Origin: Fidelibacterota bacterium
Lineage (GTDB): Bacteria > Fidelibacterota > Fidelibacteria > Fidelibacterales > DSDE01
Direction: 5' to 3'
NCBI GenBank assembly: GCA_046735395.1
Contig: JBJKQR010000074.1
Location: forward strand, 1-35,326
Length of the DNA stretch: 35,326 nt
The translations under genes were made by a program, and so were the position numbers. Position 1 is the stretch's first letter, and the number at the start of each line of letters is the position of its first letter. The notes under the pieces were generated by a model that made no database searches, was not told the DNA's origin, and was given only the letters and a program-made list of their open reading frames with translations. Below are positions 18,703 to 27,849 of this stretch, piece after piece.

Positions 18703-19233
18703 ATGGATATCTCAAACGTATTCCCGGAAGTGGACATGATTCAGGACTCCGAACTCCGGCAGAAGGTTCGTGACGTATGGCAGGAAGCCATCGCCTACCG
18801 CGGCTGGACGGAAGAGCTTCTCCGGGCAATCCCCTTCACATTGCTGGCCGAAAATGTCAGTATCCCCTTTATCGACCATGTACGCGCAGTATGCCGTATG
18901 TGTATGGCGGCAGATGAAGCCATGACCGCCATTCATGGCGAACGCAAAACACCTGTGAACCGGGATGTTCTCATCGCCGGGGCGCTGCTCGCGGATGTCG
19001 GGAAACTCCTTGAGTATGAAATTGTGGACGGAAAATCTGTCAAATCCTCCTTCGGACGCTACCTGCGCCATCCTTTCAGCGGTGTCGGACTGGCCTTCAA
19101 GCATAATCTGCCCGAAGAGGTCATGCACGTCATCGCGACACACAGCAAGGAAGGCGGCGGCGAAAAACGCTCTCCCGAATCCATCATTTTTCACCATGCC
19201 GACTTCATAGATTTTGAACTTGTTAAAAATTAA
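18703..19233 (+). CDS. HD-domain (HDIG-like) phosphohydrolase-fold protein with the HD motif changed to AD
   Basis: IDHV, AGALLADVGKLLEY, LRHPFSG, VIATHS, HHAD. AAGGA SD. Confidence 0.85.
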   Translation: MDISNVFPEVDMIQDSELRQKVRDVWQEAIAYRGWTEELLRAIPFTLLAENVSIPFIDHVRAVCRMCMAADEAMTAIHGERKTPVNRDVLIAGALLADVGKLLEYEIVDGKSVKSSFGRYLRHPFSGVGLAFKHNLPEEVMHVIATHSKEGGGEKRSPESIIFHHADFIDFELVKN

Positions 19234-19315
19234 TCCCGCATCCGGACAGTAACCGGGATCTGCACGTCACTCACGTCTGTCCGCCGGTGGATAAATCTGT
19301 AAAACTGGAAATCTT

Positions 19316-20506
19316 ATGATGAAAACATTTTCGCTCTGGATGGCTCGAAAATTCGTCAGGGACTCTGAAAATGTAAGAGATGCCCGGGTGAGAGCGGCCT
19401 ACGGCGTACTGGAAGGCTGGGCTTCCGTTTTTGTGAATACGGTTCTCTTCTTTATCAAGCTGGCGATCGGCCTTATGCTGAATTCCATTTCCATCATGGC
19501 TGATGCTGTTCACACTCTGTCCGACACCCTCACTTCAGCGATTGTCATCATTTCCTTCAAAATCAGTCAGAAACCGGCAGACGAAGATCACCCCTACGGC
19601 CATGGCCGCGCCGAATACATCGCGACGCTGGTAATCGCGATCCTGCTTATCGTTACGGGTATTGAATTTTTCCGCAGCGGTATCGGCAGGCTTATGAATC
19701 CCGAACCCTTCACGCTGTCCTGGGATATGGTCTTCATTATCTTCATCACCATCATCATGAAGGAAGGCCTGGGACAATTTTCGCGACATCTGGGTATCGC
19801 CATCGATTCCAAAACGCTGGAAGCGGATTTCTGGCATCACCGGACTGATGCCATTTCCTCCGTCTTTGTCATCATCGCCATGATTTCCACGCCCCTCGGC
19901 TACCCCTGGACTGACGGCGTGGCAGCCATGCTCGTATCGCTCATGCTTTTCTATGCCGGCTACGACCTGGCCCGGGATGCGGCCGATTCCCTGCTGGGGC
20001 AGCCGCCGGACCGCGCCTATACACAGAAAATACGGGAAACTGCAAAAACCGTTAACGGTGTCCTCGATGCCCACGATATCATCGTTCATTCCTACGGACA
20101 GAACTGCTTCATCGGGATGCATATTGAAATCGACTCCGAAATCCCGCCTCTCGAGGCGCATGATATTACGGAGGAGGTGGAAATACTCATTCATCGCGAA
20201 CTGGGAGCCCATTGTACGGTTCATTATGATCCTATTCAGATTTCGGATGAACGGGTTCTGGAGCTGAATGAATATTTAAAAACACTGCGGAACACTCACG
20301 AGTTTTTTAAAAGTTTCCACGATGTTCGCATCCTTGATACGGACGAATTTCATTTCATCCTCTTTGATATGGTCACCACCATTGATCCGGATGCGCCGGA
20401 AGTAGAGGAAGTGAAGCAGGATATCATTGACCATGTGAACGGTAAATACCCCGATTTTAAAGTTAAAATAACCATCACACCTATTTTCAAACTACAAGGA
20501 GAATAA
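19316..20506 (+). CDS. Cation diffusion facilitator (FieF-like) with a C-terminal extension
   Basis: ADAVHTLSD, KPADEDHPYGHGRAEY, HHRTD, AHDIIVHSYG, AHDITE, VHYDP, plus about six TM segments. Confidence 0.92.
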   Translation: MMKTFSLWMARKFVRDSENVRDARVRAAYGVLEGWASVFVNTVLFFIKLAIGLMLNSISIMADAVHTLSDTLTSAIVIISFKISQKPADEDHPYGHGRAEYIATLVIAILLIVTGIEFFRSGIGRLMNPEPFTLSWDMVFIIFITIIMKEGLGQFSRHLGIAIDSKTLEADFWHHRTDAISSVFVIIAMISTPLGYPWTDGVAAMLVSLMLFYAGYDLARDAADSLLGQPPDRAYTQKIRETAKTVNGVLDAHDIIVHSYGQNCFIGMHIEIDSEIPPLEAHDITEEVEILIHRELGAHCTVHYDPIQISDERVLELNEYLKTLRNTHEFFKSFHDVRILDTDEFHFILFDMVTTIDPDAPEVEEVKQDIIDHVNGKYPDFKVKITITPIFKLQGE

Positions 20507-20507
20507 A

Positions 20508-21626
20508 ATGGCAAAGTACCGCATTGGCTGGCTGCCGGGAGACGGAGTCGGCAATGATGTCATGGATGCAGCGAAAATCGTTCTTGATAAGCTTGGGCTG
20601 GATGCCGAATACATTCATGGCGATATCGGCTGGGAATTCTGGAAATCCGAGGGAGAGGCCCTGCCTCAGAGAACCGTGGATATGCTGAAAACGGTCGACT
20701 GTGCTCTGTTCGGAGCCATCACGTCCAAACCCAAGGAAGAGGCGCTGGAGGAGCTGGACGAACCGCTCCGGGACAAGGGACTCGTATATTTCTCTCCCAT
20801 CGTGAAGCTGCGCCAGCTTTTCAATCTTCACACCAATATGCGGCCCTGCAAGGCCTATCCGGGCAATCCGCTCAACTATAAGGAAGGTATCGACATCACC
20901 ATCTTCCGGGAAAACACGGAGGGAATGTACGGCGGAGTGGAATTCCATCCCATGCCGCAGGACGTTTTCGATTCCCTGGCAAAACATCAGCCCAAGATGA
21001 AAAAATTCGAAGCCGCCGGTCTGGACAACATTGCCATGTCGACCCGCATCATGACCCGGGAAGCCTGTCGGCGCATCGTGAAGAATGCCTTTGAGTATGC
21101 CCGGCAGACTGGCCGTAAAACGGTTACCGTCGTCGACAAGCCCAATGTACTTCGGGAAACAGGCGGCCTCATGATCCGCACCGCCCGGGAAGTCGCGAAG
21201 GACTACCCGGAAATTTATCTCGAGGAAACAAACATCGACGCTCAGTGCATGTGGCTGGTGAAAAATCCGGACAAATATTCTGTTCTTGTGGCCGAAAACA
21301 TGTTCGGAGATATTCTCAGCGACCTAGCGGCACAGCTGGTCGGCGGCCTGGGTTTTGCGTCCAGCGGAAATATCGGGGACAAGTTTGCCGTATTTGAACC
21401 CACGCACGGCTCGGCACCAAAATATCACGGCCTGTACAAGGTCAATCCCATGGCCATGCTTCTGACGGCCAAAATGATGCTGGACTGGCTGGAAGAGGAG
21501 CAGATGGCTTCCCGGCTCGAAAGCGCCATTGCAGAGGTTATTGCCGAAGGCAGCGTCCGTACCTATGACATGGGCGGAAACAATACGTCCCTCGATGTGG
21601 CCAACGCCGTGGCGGCCAAGCTCTGA
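20508..21626 (+). CDS. Isocitrate/isopropylmalate/homoisocitrate dehydrogenase family enzyme
   Basis: LPGDGVG, ALFGAITS, SPIVKLR, FRENTEGMY, VDKPNV, NMFGDILSD, FEPTHGSAPKY, RTYDMGG. Confidence 0.93.
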   Translation: MAKYRIGWLPGDGVGNDVMDAAKIVLDKLGLDAEYIHGDIGWEFWKSEGEALPQRTVDMLKTVDCALFGAITSKPKEEALEELDEPLRDKGLVYFSPIVKLRQLFNLHTNMRPCKAYPGNPLNYKEGIDITIFRENTEGMYGGVEFHPMPQDVFDSLAKHQPKMKKFEAAGLDNIAMSTRIMTREACRRIVKNAFEYARQTGRKTVTVVDKPNVLRETGGLMIRTAREVAKDYPEIYLEETNIDAQCMWLVKNPDKYSVLVAENMFGDILSDLAAQLVGGLGFASSGNIGDKFAVFEPTHGSAPKYHGLYKVNPMAMLLTAKMMLDWLEEEQMASRLESAIAEVIAEGSVRTYDMGGNNTSLDVANAVAAKL

Positions 21627-21651
21627 TTATCTGATTATCGTTAACCGCATT

Positions 21652-21697
21652 TAAAAAAAGAAGCCTGAAGCCGGTCCGGTCTCAGGCTTTTTCATTT
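21652..21697. terminator. Bidirectional intrinsic terminator
   Basis: Stem AAGCCTGA (21661-21668)/TCAGGCTT (21682-21689) with an A-tract on the left and a T-tract on the right, between convergent genes. Confidence 0.8.
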
Positions 21698-21719
21698 TCA
21701 TTCTGAATGTAAATCGAAA

Positions 21720-22484
21720 CTATTGAATTTCGGGTAAATCCCATTTTTTTGAATATTTGTCATACTCGGCCTGCGTCAACTGTACCAGGCGCGGGGTCTT
21801 AGAGCTGTCGAGCCAACCCAGCAGATGCAGCATCGGATCCGAATCCAGAGCCGTACAGCCGGCCGTATGATCCGTCGGATTTTTCCGGAAATGGATAAAA
21901 ACACAGGATCCGCAACCGACTTCAATGGGATCTGTGTTATGGTTTATCACGACCAGCCAGTCATACCAGCCGGCGAATTTCCACATTTTTTCCGAAGATG
22001 TCCAGGTTCCGGAGGTGGTATCATTGCGGACAATGCGGTTGTAATAGGGCGAAACGCCATCATCCACACACTCGGTACTGTCCGTGATCCGTTCATAAGG
22101 CATCCGCAGATCCCCTGTCTCAGAGGCCGGCGCATATCCCATAATTTTTCCCAATTCAAAAATACCGGCGGGACTCTTTCCGTCCCCTTCATGCTTGAAT
22201 ACGCCGCTGCTGTCCGCTTCCGTATGCAGTCCGCGTCCCCAGGCCAGTCCATTGCGGCCCAGAGAGACGCCGAAGGATTCTCCGTCCTGTACCCAGGCAC
22301 CCGCATCATTCCGCAGGTAAAGCCGCATGACGGCATGAACCGTGGTATCCGTATCCGCGATCACCAGAAGACACTGAGAGGATGAAGCCAGAGGGGACGG
22401 CGAATCATTTCCGGCTCTGGGAACACAGGAATTCGCGAAAAACATAACAACAACAAACAAGATGGGAAATACTGAACGCCTCAT
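21720..22484 (-). CDS. L,D-transpeptidase (YkuD-like) family lipoprotein
   Basis: Signal peptide with lipobox-like ANSC, GRNGLAWGRG, KHEGDGKSPAGIF, CVDD..SPYYN, GSCVFIH, TAGC catalytic motif. Confidence 0.85.
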   Translation of the reverse strand: MRRSVFPILFVVVMFFANSCVPRAGNDSPSPLASSSQCLLVIADTDTTVHAVMRLYLRNDAGAWVQDGESFGVSLGRNGLAWGRGLHTEADSSGVFKHEGDGKSPAGIFELGKIMGYAPASETGDLRMPYERITDSTECVDDGVSPYYNRIVRNDTTSGTWTSSEKMWKFAGWYDWLVVINHNTDPIEVGCGSCVFIHFRKNPTDHTAGCTALDSDPMLHLLGWLDSSKTPRLVQLTQAEYDKYSKKWDLPEIQ

Positions 22485-22924
22485 GATTTGGGCTCCTCCG
22501 GTTTTATATTGAAAATAAATTCCACACTGGAAACAAGTAGACAGACTGCGATGAAGAGATCAAACACCATCATGAAAAACTGAGCCTCCCCGTGAAGCCG
22601 GGCCAGATGAGACAGAAGGATGCCCGCAATCATGATGAGAGCCAGATAGGCAAAAAACAGGTGCTGAAACGCCCGCCATAGCGGCGGATTTTCCAGTTCA
22701 TCAATTCGCTGCAGATTCTGACGGCAGACCGGGCGAAAAAACCGGGTCCCCACGATCGCACCCAGAATGAGCGCAATCGCCAGTCCCAGGACCATCATCC
22801 CGATTTCCGTGCCGTTATTGATCAGAATCCTGACATGCTGCCAGCCTTTGATGGCAAGGATACAGATCCCTCCGAGCCAGACAAACAAGACGGCAATCTT
22901 CATGAATATTTTATTGGAATCCAT
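22481..22924 (-). CDS. Hypothetical membrane protein (about four TM helices)
   Basis: Four hydrophobic stretches, GAGGG upstream, 4-nt overlap with the next gene. Confidence 0.75.
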   Translation of the reverse strand: MDSNKIFMKIAVLFVWLGGICILAIKGWQHVRILINNGTEIGMMVLGLAIALILGAIVGTRFFRPVCRQNLQRIDELENPPLWRAFQHLFFAYLALIMIAGILLSHLARLHGEAQFFMMVFDLFIAVCLLVSSVEFIFNIKPEEPKS

Positions 22925-22933
22925 CTTTGCCCC

Positions 22934-23968
22934 TCACTTTTTCAAAAAGGATTCGCAGAAATTCATATAATGGCCTGTGGACCAGACAAATTCCGGCCCT
23001 GACGGAAGATCCGGAAATCCTCCGCGGAACAGCGACGCGACCCCCAGTCCATGCGGCCCGGCCAGACGGGTTCGGACCGCGGCCAGATACAGATAGGACA
23101 GCCCGATGGAAGATTCGAACGCGGAAGAAATAATCATTTTCATCGAATCACCGTACTCATCAATATAGGATTGAAGCGGCCGGATTCCCCCGAGCTGCAG
23201 GGGCTTGAGTATGAGAGCCGCCAGCCGGTTTTCCTTCTGCAGCGCGTCCCTGCCCTGCCTGCTTCCCGCATAGCGGTCCATGGCAAGTTTCACCCGATGA
23301 TGTCTGCTCAGTCTGGCCATCTGTTCGGGATTTTCTGTAATATCTTCCACATAGTCAATGGAAAAATCATCTATGCTCTCCAGAAAGAGAGCTGCGTCAC
23401 CGGGTGAAAAAGAACCGTTCGCATCCAGTCGCAGGCCCGAAAGATCATGTCCCTGGTCTTTCATTTTCTGCAGCAGGCCCGGTATCATCTCCGCAGAATC
23501 CGGTGTCACTTTCATTTTTACGTGACTGAATCCACGGCGATAACATTGTTCGAGCGCCTCAAATCCCTCCGCCTCGGGCAGTTCACCGATCAGGGCATTC
23601 GTCCTTACCGTTTGTGGATCATCCGATATATTCAAGGAGCGGTTCTGAAATTGAGAAAGGGCCTGTTCGAGAGCAAAACGGGCAGCAGGTGTTTCATCAA
23701 GAGTTTCAAGCAGCAGATCCGTCTCCTGATCCGTCGAAGGAGCCGGGCAGGGCAGATTTTTTTCCGCCCATGTATCCAGTGCCTGAAGAGCGTTATTTGC
23801 GTCTTCTGTTCCAATTTCAGGAAAGGGGGCACAGTCCCCCACAGCACTTCCCTTCGTCCCCTCCAGAATAATATGAAAGCCCCGGCGTTCCGTCAGCGTC
23901 TGCCCGCCGAAGTGAAAGGGCCGGGAAAATTCCAGGCTGTAGGGCTGTCGCTTCATTCGGAGGATCAC
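22934..23968 (-). CDS. menC: o-succinylbenzoate synthase (enolase superfamily)
   Basis: GDCAPFP, KMK, RLDANG, YVED, AMD, ILKP, SSAFESSIG, HGLG, and men gene context. Confidence 0.85.
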   Translation of the reverse strand: MILRMKRQPYSLEFSRPFHFGGQTLTERRGFHIILEGTKGSAVGDCAPFPEIGTEDANNALQALDTWAEKNLPCPAPSTDQETDLLLETLDETPAARFALEQALSQFQNRSLNISDDPQTVRTNALIGELPEAEGFEALEQCYRRGFSHVKMKVTPDSAEMIPGLLQKMKDQGHDLSGLRLDANGSFSPGDAALFLESIDDFSIDYVEDITENPEQMARLSRHHRVKLAMDRYAGSRQGRDALQKENRLAALILKPLQLGGIRPLQSYIDEYGDSMKMIISSAFESSIGLSYLYLAAVRTRLAGPHGLGVASLFRGGFPDLPSGPEFVWSTGHYMNFCESFLKK

Positions 23969-24810
23969 AGGCCGGCCTCACGAATAAATTTATTTACCGA
24001 CTCAATAAAAAGCGTCGGATTTTCCAGATGACAGTTGTGCCCGCAATCCGGGAGATTCCGGATCTGCGTCTGCGGAAACTTCTGGCCGATGCGTTCTCCG
24101 ATCTCCAAATATTTTTTATCATTCATGCCTGCAATATACAGAACCGGCGCCTGAAACTGAGTCAGCCGTGACCATTGCGCCGGGATCCGTCCCGGGGAAA
24201 AATCTCTGAGCCAGAACTGCAGGATGTCCGGATTCAAGCGGAGCCGCCGGCTTTTCTGCTCCTGAAATTCCTGCGGATTTGCCTTCTCGAGCCCGGAAAA
24301 CAAAGAAAGGCCATACCAGCGCTCCAGAAATTCCGTCATCCCTCTGTCCGTCAGAAAGCGGGCCAGATTCCGGTCATCTTCCGCACGGTGCATCCGTTCA
24401 TCAGGATCTTCTATTCCCGGCGAAACCGATTCCAGGATCAGTGCGGCGTAACGGTCCATATTTTCACTCAGTGTATGCAGCAGCACACGCCCCCCCATCG
24501 AATATGCGACAGGAATAATCCGGGTTTCCGGTATATGGCTGAGCATACCATCAAACCATTGGCGGAGCACCTGCGGATCAGAGAGAAATTCTTTCCGCAT
24601 GGAAAGATCCCCGTGTCCCGGAAGAGTCAGGGCATAGGGACGAAGAGATTCGGAAAGCAGGGGAAATATCGGCAGCCAGTCTTCAGCCTGCCCCATGAAT
24701 CCATGGATGAACAGCAGGGCTGTCTGCCCGTCACCACGCCCGTTACAGGTCAGCAGACGGCCGGGATTTCCCTTAATTTCAAAGTCAAGATTCTGAATGT
24801 TTAAGCTCAT
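23965..24810 (-). CDS. menH: SHCHC synthase (alpha/beta hydrolase)
   Basis: FIHGFMG, LPGHG, YSMGGR, LESVSPG, FLERWY..LF, DKKY, GHNCHLENP. Confidence 0.88.
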   Translation of the reverse strand: MSLNIQNLDFEIKGNPGRLLTCNGRGDGQTALLFIHGFMGQAEDWLPIFPLLSESLRPYALTLPGHGDLSMRKEFLSDPQVLRQWFDGMLSHIPETRIIPVAYSMGGRVLLHTLSENMDRYAALILESVSPGIEDPDERMHRAEDDRNLARFLTDRGMTEFLERWYGLSLFSGLEKANPQEFQEQKSRRLRLNPDILQFWLRDFSPGRIPAQWSRLTQFQAPVLYIAGMNDKKYLEIGERIGQKFPQTQIRNLPDCGHNCHLENPTLFIESVNKFIREAGL

Positions 24811-26494
24811 GAATCAATGTCCGAACCAGTGTTTTCTGATCTTCCCGGCTCTGTTGACTGTCAGTCTCGACCTCAAGGATGGTCAGAGACGGAGACCTTT
24901 CGAATGCTTTCAGCCGCAGCGCAAAATCATCGGCACTTTTACAGTTGAAATGCGGAATTTTATTCACGGCGCTGATACCGGACAGATTCACATTCTGCGG
25001 TGTCAGGAAATAGTCTTCCAGAACCTCCGGATGCGACGCCACCGGCAGTCGCCGAAAGATCCCTCCGCCCCGGTTATTCAGAATAATGATGCACAGCGGC
25101 AGATCCCGGATATTATCACGGAACAGGGCCGACGCATCATAGATGAAGCTCAGATCACCGCTGATCAGATAGACCGGATCGTCTGATAATGACGCAACCC
25201 CGAGAGCTCCGGAGATCATCCCGTCAATTCCGCTGGCGCCCCGGTTAACCAGAATTCTCTGTTCATTTGCAGCGGATCGTCTGGCATAAAACGCGTCGAA
25301 ATCACGGATGATGCTGGAATTTCCCGGAATAATCACACAACGGTCCGGAAGCAGCCGGGACAGTGTGTAATACAGTGCGGACTCCATGTTCCAGGCAAAG
25401 TTTTTCAGGAGTTCGGGCAGCAGCGCCGCCGTCCGGTTTTCAAGAGCGGACAGACTGTTGATTTCCCGGCCTTCCGGCGTATCGATCTCACCGTCATCCG
25501 GCGCAAGAGCCTGTGCGGGAGTCAGGGGGATATGCCGTGATTTTCGCCAGGGATCATTGTAATCATAGGGATGGACGCAGAGTATTTCCGCATGGCTTTT
25601 TTCCAGAAAGGCCAGCAGGGCTGCGGACACAGGCAGGCCGCCGAAAAGAAGGATAACATCCGGATCGGCATTTTTCGCGAATTCCTTATCCTGCAGGTAC
25701 AGTGCCGCGTGATGCAGGCTGGTGGGCAGATCCAGTCCCCGGATCGCAGAGGCTCCGTCCGCAATAATCGGAAAACCCCGGCGCTCTGAATAATTCCGGA
25801 TCGCGGCCACATCCTCACCCGAATAGCGCCCCCAGCCGCAGAATATCAGTCCCCGCCGGACAGTCTTCGGCAGAAGCGGTGGAGAATCCGTCGGATTCGA
25901 CACGATCTCAACGGGATGCCGCTGAGCTTCGGGAATTTCATTTTCATCAATCGTATCTGTAAACGTATCCGGTTCAAAAGGTTTTTCAAAAGGGAAATTC
26001 AGATGCACCGGCCCCTGACGGCAGGCATCCAGCGCCTGATTGAAGGCCTCATTCAGACGCAGAAAATTGGCCCGGTCAGGAAGCGCCGCGCCGCAGTCAA
26101 AAAAATGCACAGTATGGCTGGCATACATGTGATCCTGAAATATGGTCTGGTTGGCTCCGCTTCCCCGCAGCTCCGCCGGCCGGTCCGCCGTACAGATGAG
26201 AAGGGGCGTTCGGCTCATTCTTGCTTCCACGATGGCCGGATAGAGCTCGGCAGCGGCAGTGCCGGAGGTGGTTACGACCGCCACAGGGCGACCGGTGAAT
26301 TTGGCCATACCCAGCGCATAAAATCCCGAGCTGCGCTCATCAAGGTGAACCGTCGTCCGGATGGCTGATTCATGAAAGGCAAAGATCAGAGGTGTATTCC
26401 GGGATCCGGGAGAGAGGCAGGCATGCTGCACGCCCGCCTTTTCAAGAAATCTGGTAAAAAACTGAGCCTGAATAAAGTGTCTGTTGACCTGCAT
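24785..26494 (-). CDS. menD: SEPHCHC synthase (ThDP-dependent)
   Basis: SPGSRNTPL, DERS, TTSGTA, TADRP, GANQTI, GPVHLNFPF, NRGASGIDG, GDLSF, NNRGGGIF. Confidence 0.95.
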   Translation of the reverse strand: MQVNRHFIQAQFFTRFLEKAGVQHACLSPGSRNTPLIFAFHESAIRTTVHLDERSSGFYALGMAKFTGRPVAVVTTSGTAAAELYPAIVEARMSRTPLLICTADRPAELRGSGANQTIFQDHMYASHTVHFFDCGAALPDRANFLRLNEAFNQALDACRQGPVHLNFPFEKPFEPDTFTDTIDENEIPEAQRHPVEIVSNPTDSPPLLPKTVRRGLIFCGWGRYSGEDVAAIRNYSERRGFPIIADGASAIRGLDLPTSLHHAALYLQDKEFAKNADPDVILLFGGLPVSAALLAFLEKSHAEILCVHPYDYNDPWRKSRHIPLTPAQALAPDDGEIDTPEGREINSLSALENRTAALLPELLKNFAWNMESALYYTLSRLLPDRCVIIPGNSSIIRDFDAFYARRSAANEQRILVNRGASGIDGMISGALGVASLSDDPVYLISGDLSFIYDASALFRDNIRDLPLCIIILNNRGGGIFRRLPVASHPEVLEDYFLTPQNVNLSGISAVNKIPHFNCKSADDFALRLKAFERSPSLTILEVETDSQQSREDQKTLVRTLIHELKHSES

Positions 26495-26498
26495 GGGT

Positions 26499-27833
26499 CT
26501 ATCCGAACAGTGAAATGATCGGTTGAAGCTTCAGCTCCGATTCGCGGTATTCCCCTTCGGGATCGCTCCCGCGGACGATGCCGCAGCCGGCAAAGGCCCA
26601 CAGGGTCTTATCCCGGACAAGCGCGCTGCGGATGGAGACGGCAAAATCTCCTTCCCGGCCGGGACCGAACCATCCCAGCAGTCCGGTATATAATCCGCGC
26701 TTGTAGCCTTCGATGGCGATAATGCGCTTTCTGGCGCGCTTCCAGGGAACACCGCAGATGGCCGGTGTGGGATGAATCTGCTTCAGGATCTGGAGAACCG
26801 AACTCCCTTCACAGAGCTGCCCGGAAATGGGCGTCCACAGATGTTGAATATTAGGTAATTTTCGCAGGACAGGCCGTTCCGAATAATCCAGATCACAGGT
26901 GAAACCTTCGAAGGAATGGGCAATGAAATCCACCACTGCCTGCTGCTCTGCCAGATTTTTTTCCGAGGACAGCAGCTCATTTCCCAGAACTTCGTCCTGT
27001 TCAGGATCTTTTCCCCGCGGAATGGATCCGGCCAGGGCATCGGCCTCGATGCGTCCGCCATGCAGTGTGGCCAGCTTTTCCGGAGAAGCCCCGAAAAACA
27101 GACTGTCGCCCTTTTTCAGGGCAAAAATATAGCATCCGGAGAATTTTGCCGCGAGCCGGTCGGTTAAAACGGCCGGAGAGGGATGATCGGAGAGTGAATA
27201 GCGGACATACCGGGACAGAACCACCTTGCTCACTTCGGCTGCGCGAATCTGATCCAGAAGCTGATCGACCTTGGCCGCCCAGGCATCATAGGGTTCGAGC
27301 TCCGGCGACTCGATCCGGGGAAGTTCCGGAAGCGCTGAAGATTCAAGTTTCAGGACAGCCAGTCCCTCGTCCCGGAGCCGGATCATATCCTCATCATTTT
27401 CATCGAGAAAATAACTGAGCAGAACCTGTGTCCCGTTTGTATCCAGAATGAGCCATCGGGGAATAAACCAGTCTGCATCGTGGAAGTTTTCCCACAGATG
27501 ATTGGATTGGCCGTAGGAGAAGGTCATTCCGCCCAGAATCGCCGGAGGCGGATCGGGAAGCAGTTCACCGGCATTCGTGTACAGATCTGTCAGCAGCGGA
27601 CGCGTCATCCTGTCGCAGAGATCCGCCCGTTCCTTGCCGTCCGCATAAATATCCTGCCGTCTGCCGATGGCCAGAAAACGAAAGTTCTGTTCCGGCTTGT
27701 TCCAGGAGAAATAATCCATTCCCTGCTCATTCACCGCATCCATGAGTCGGGATAAATCCACATCTTTGCAGGATTCGGCAAAGATTTTAAAGGTCCGGCC
27801 ATCAGCCGCGCGTATAAAGTCCCGAAAAGTCAT
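26499..27833 (-). CDS. menF: Isochorismate synthase
   Basis: KVVLSR, FFGASPE, ALAGS, NIQHL, HPTPAICG, RGLYTG, IRSAL, AGCGIV..S. ATG 27833 is chosen to avoid overlap with nupC. Confidence 0.92.
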   Translation of the reverse strand: MTFRDFIRAADGRTFKIFAESCKDVDLSRLMDAVNEQGMDYFSWNKPEQNFRFLAIGRRQDIYADGKERADLCDRMTRPLLTDLYTNAGELLPDPPPAILGGMTFSYGQSNHLWENFHDADWFIPRWLILDTNGTQVLLSYFLDENDEDMIRLRDEGLAVLKLESSALPELPRIESPELEPYDAWAAKVDQLLDQIRAAEVSKVVLSRYVRYSLSDHPSPAVLTDRLAAKFSGCYIFALKKGDSLFFGASPEKLATLHGGRIEADALAGSIPRGKDPEQDEVLGNELLSSEKNLAEQQAVVDFIAHSFEGFTCDLDYSERPVLRKLPNIQHLWTPISGQLCEGSSVLQILKQIHPTPAICGVPWKRARKRIIAIEGYKRGLYTGLLGWFGPGREGDFAVSIRSALVRDKTLWAFAGCGIVRGSDPEGEYRESELKLQPIISLFG

Positions 27834-27849
27834 AGATAACCAAGCCTGT

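Noticed and set aside
20508..21626. Naming the gene leuB or icd
   Set aside because: The motifs are mixed and there is no pathway context, so the substrate cannot be assigned from sequence.
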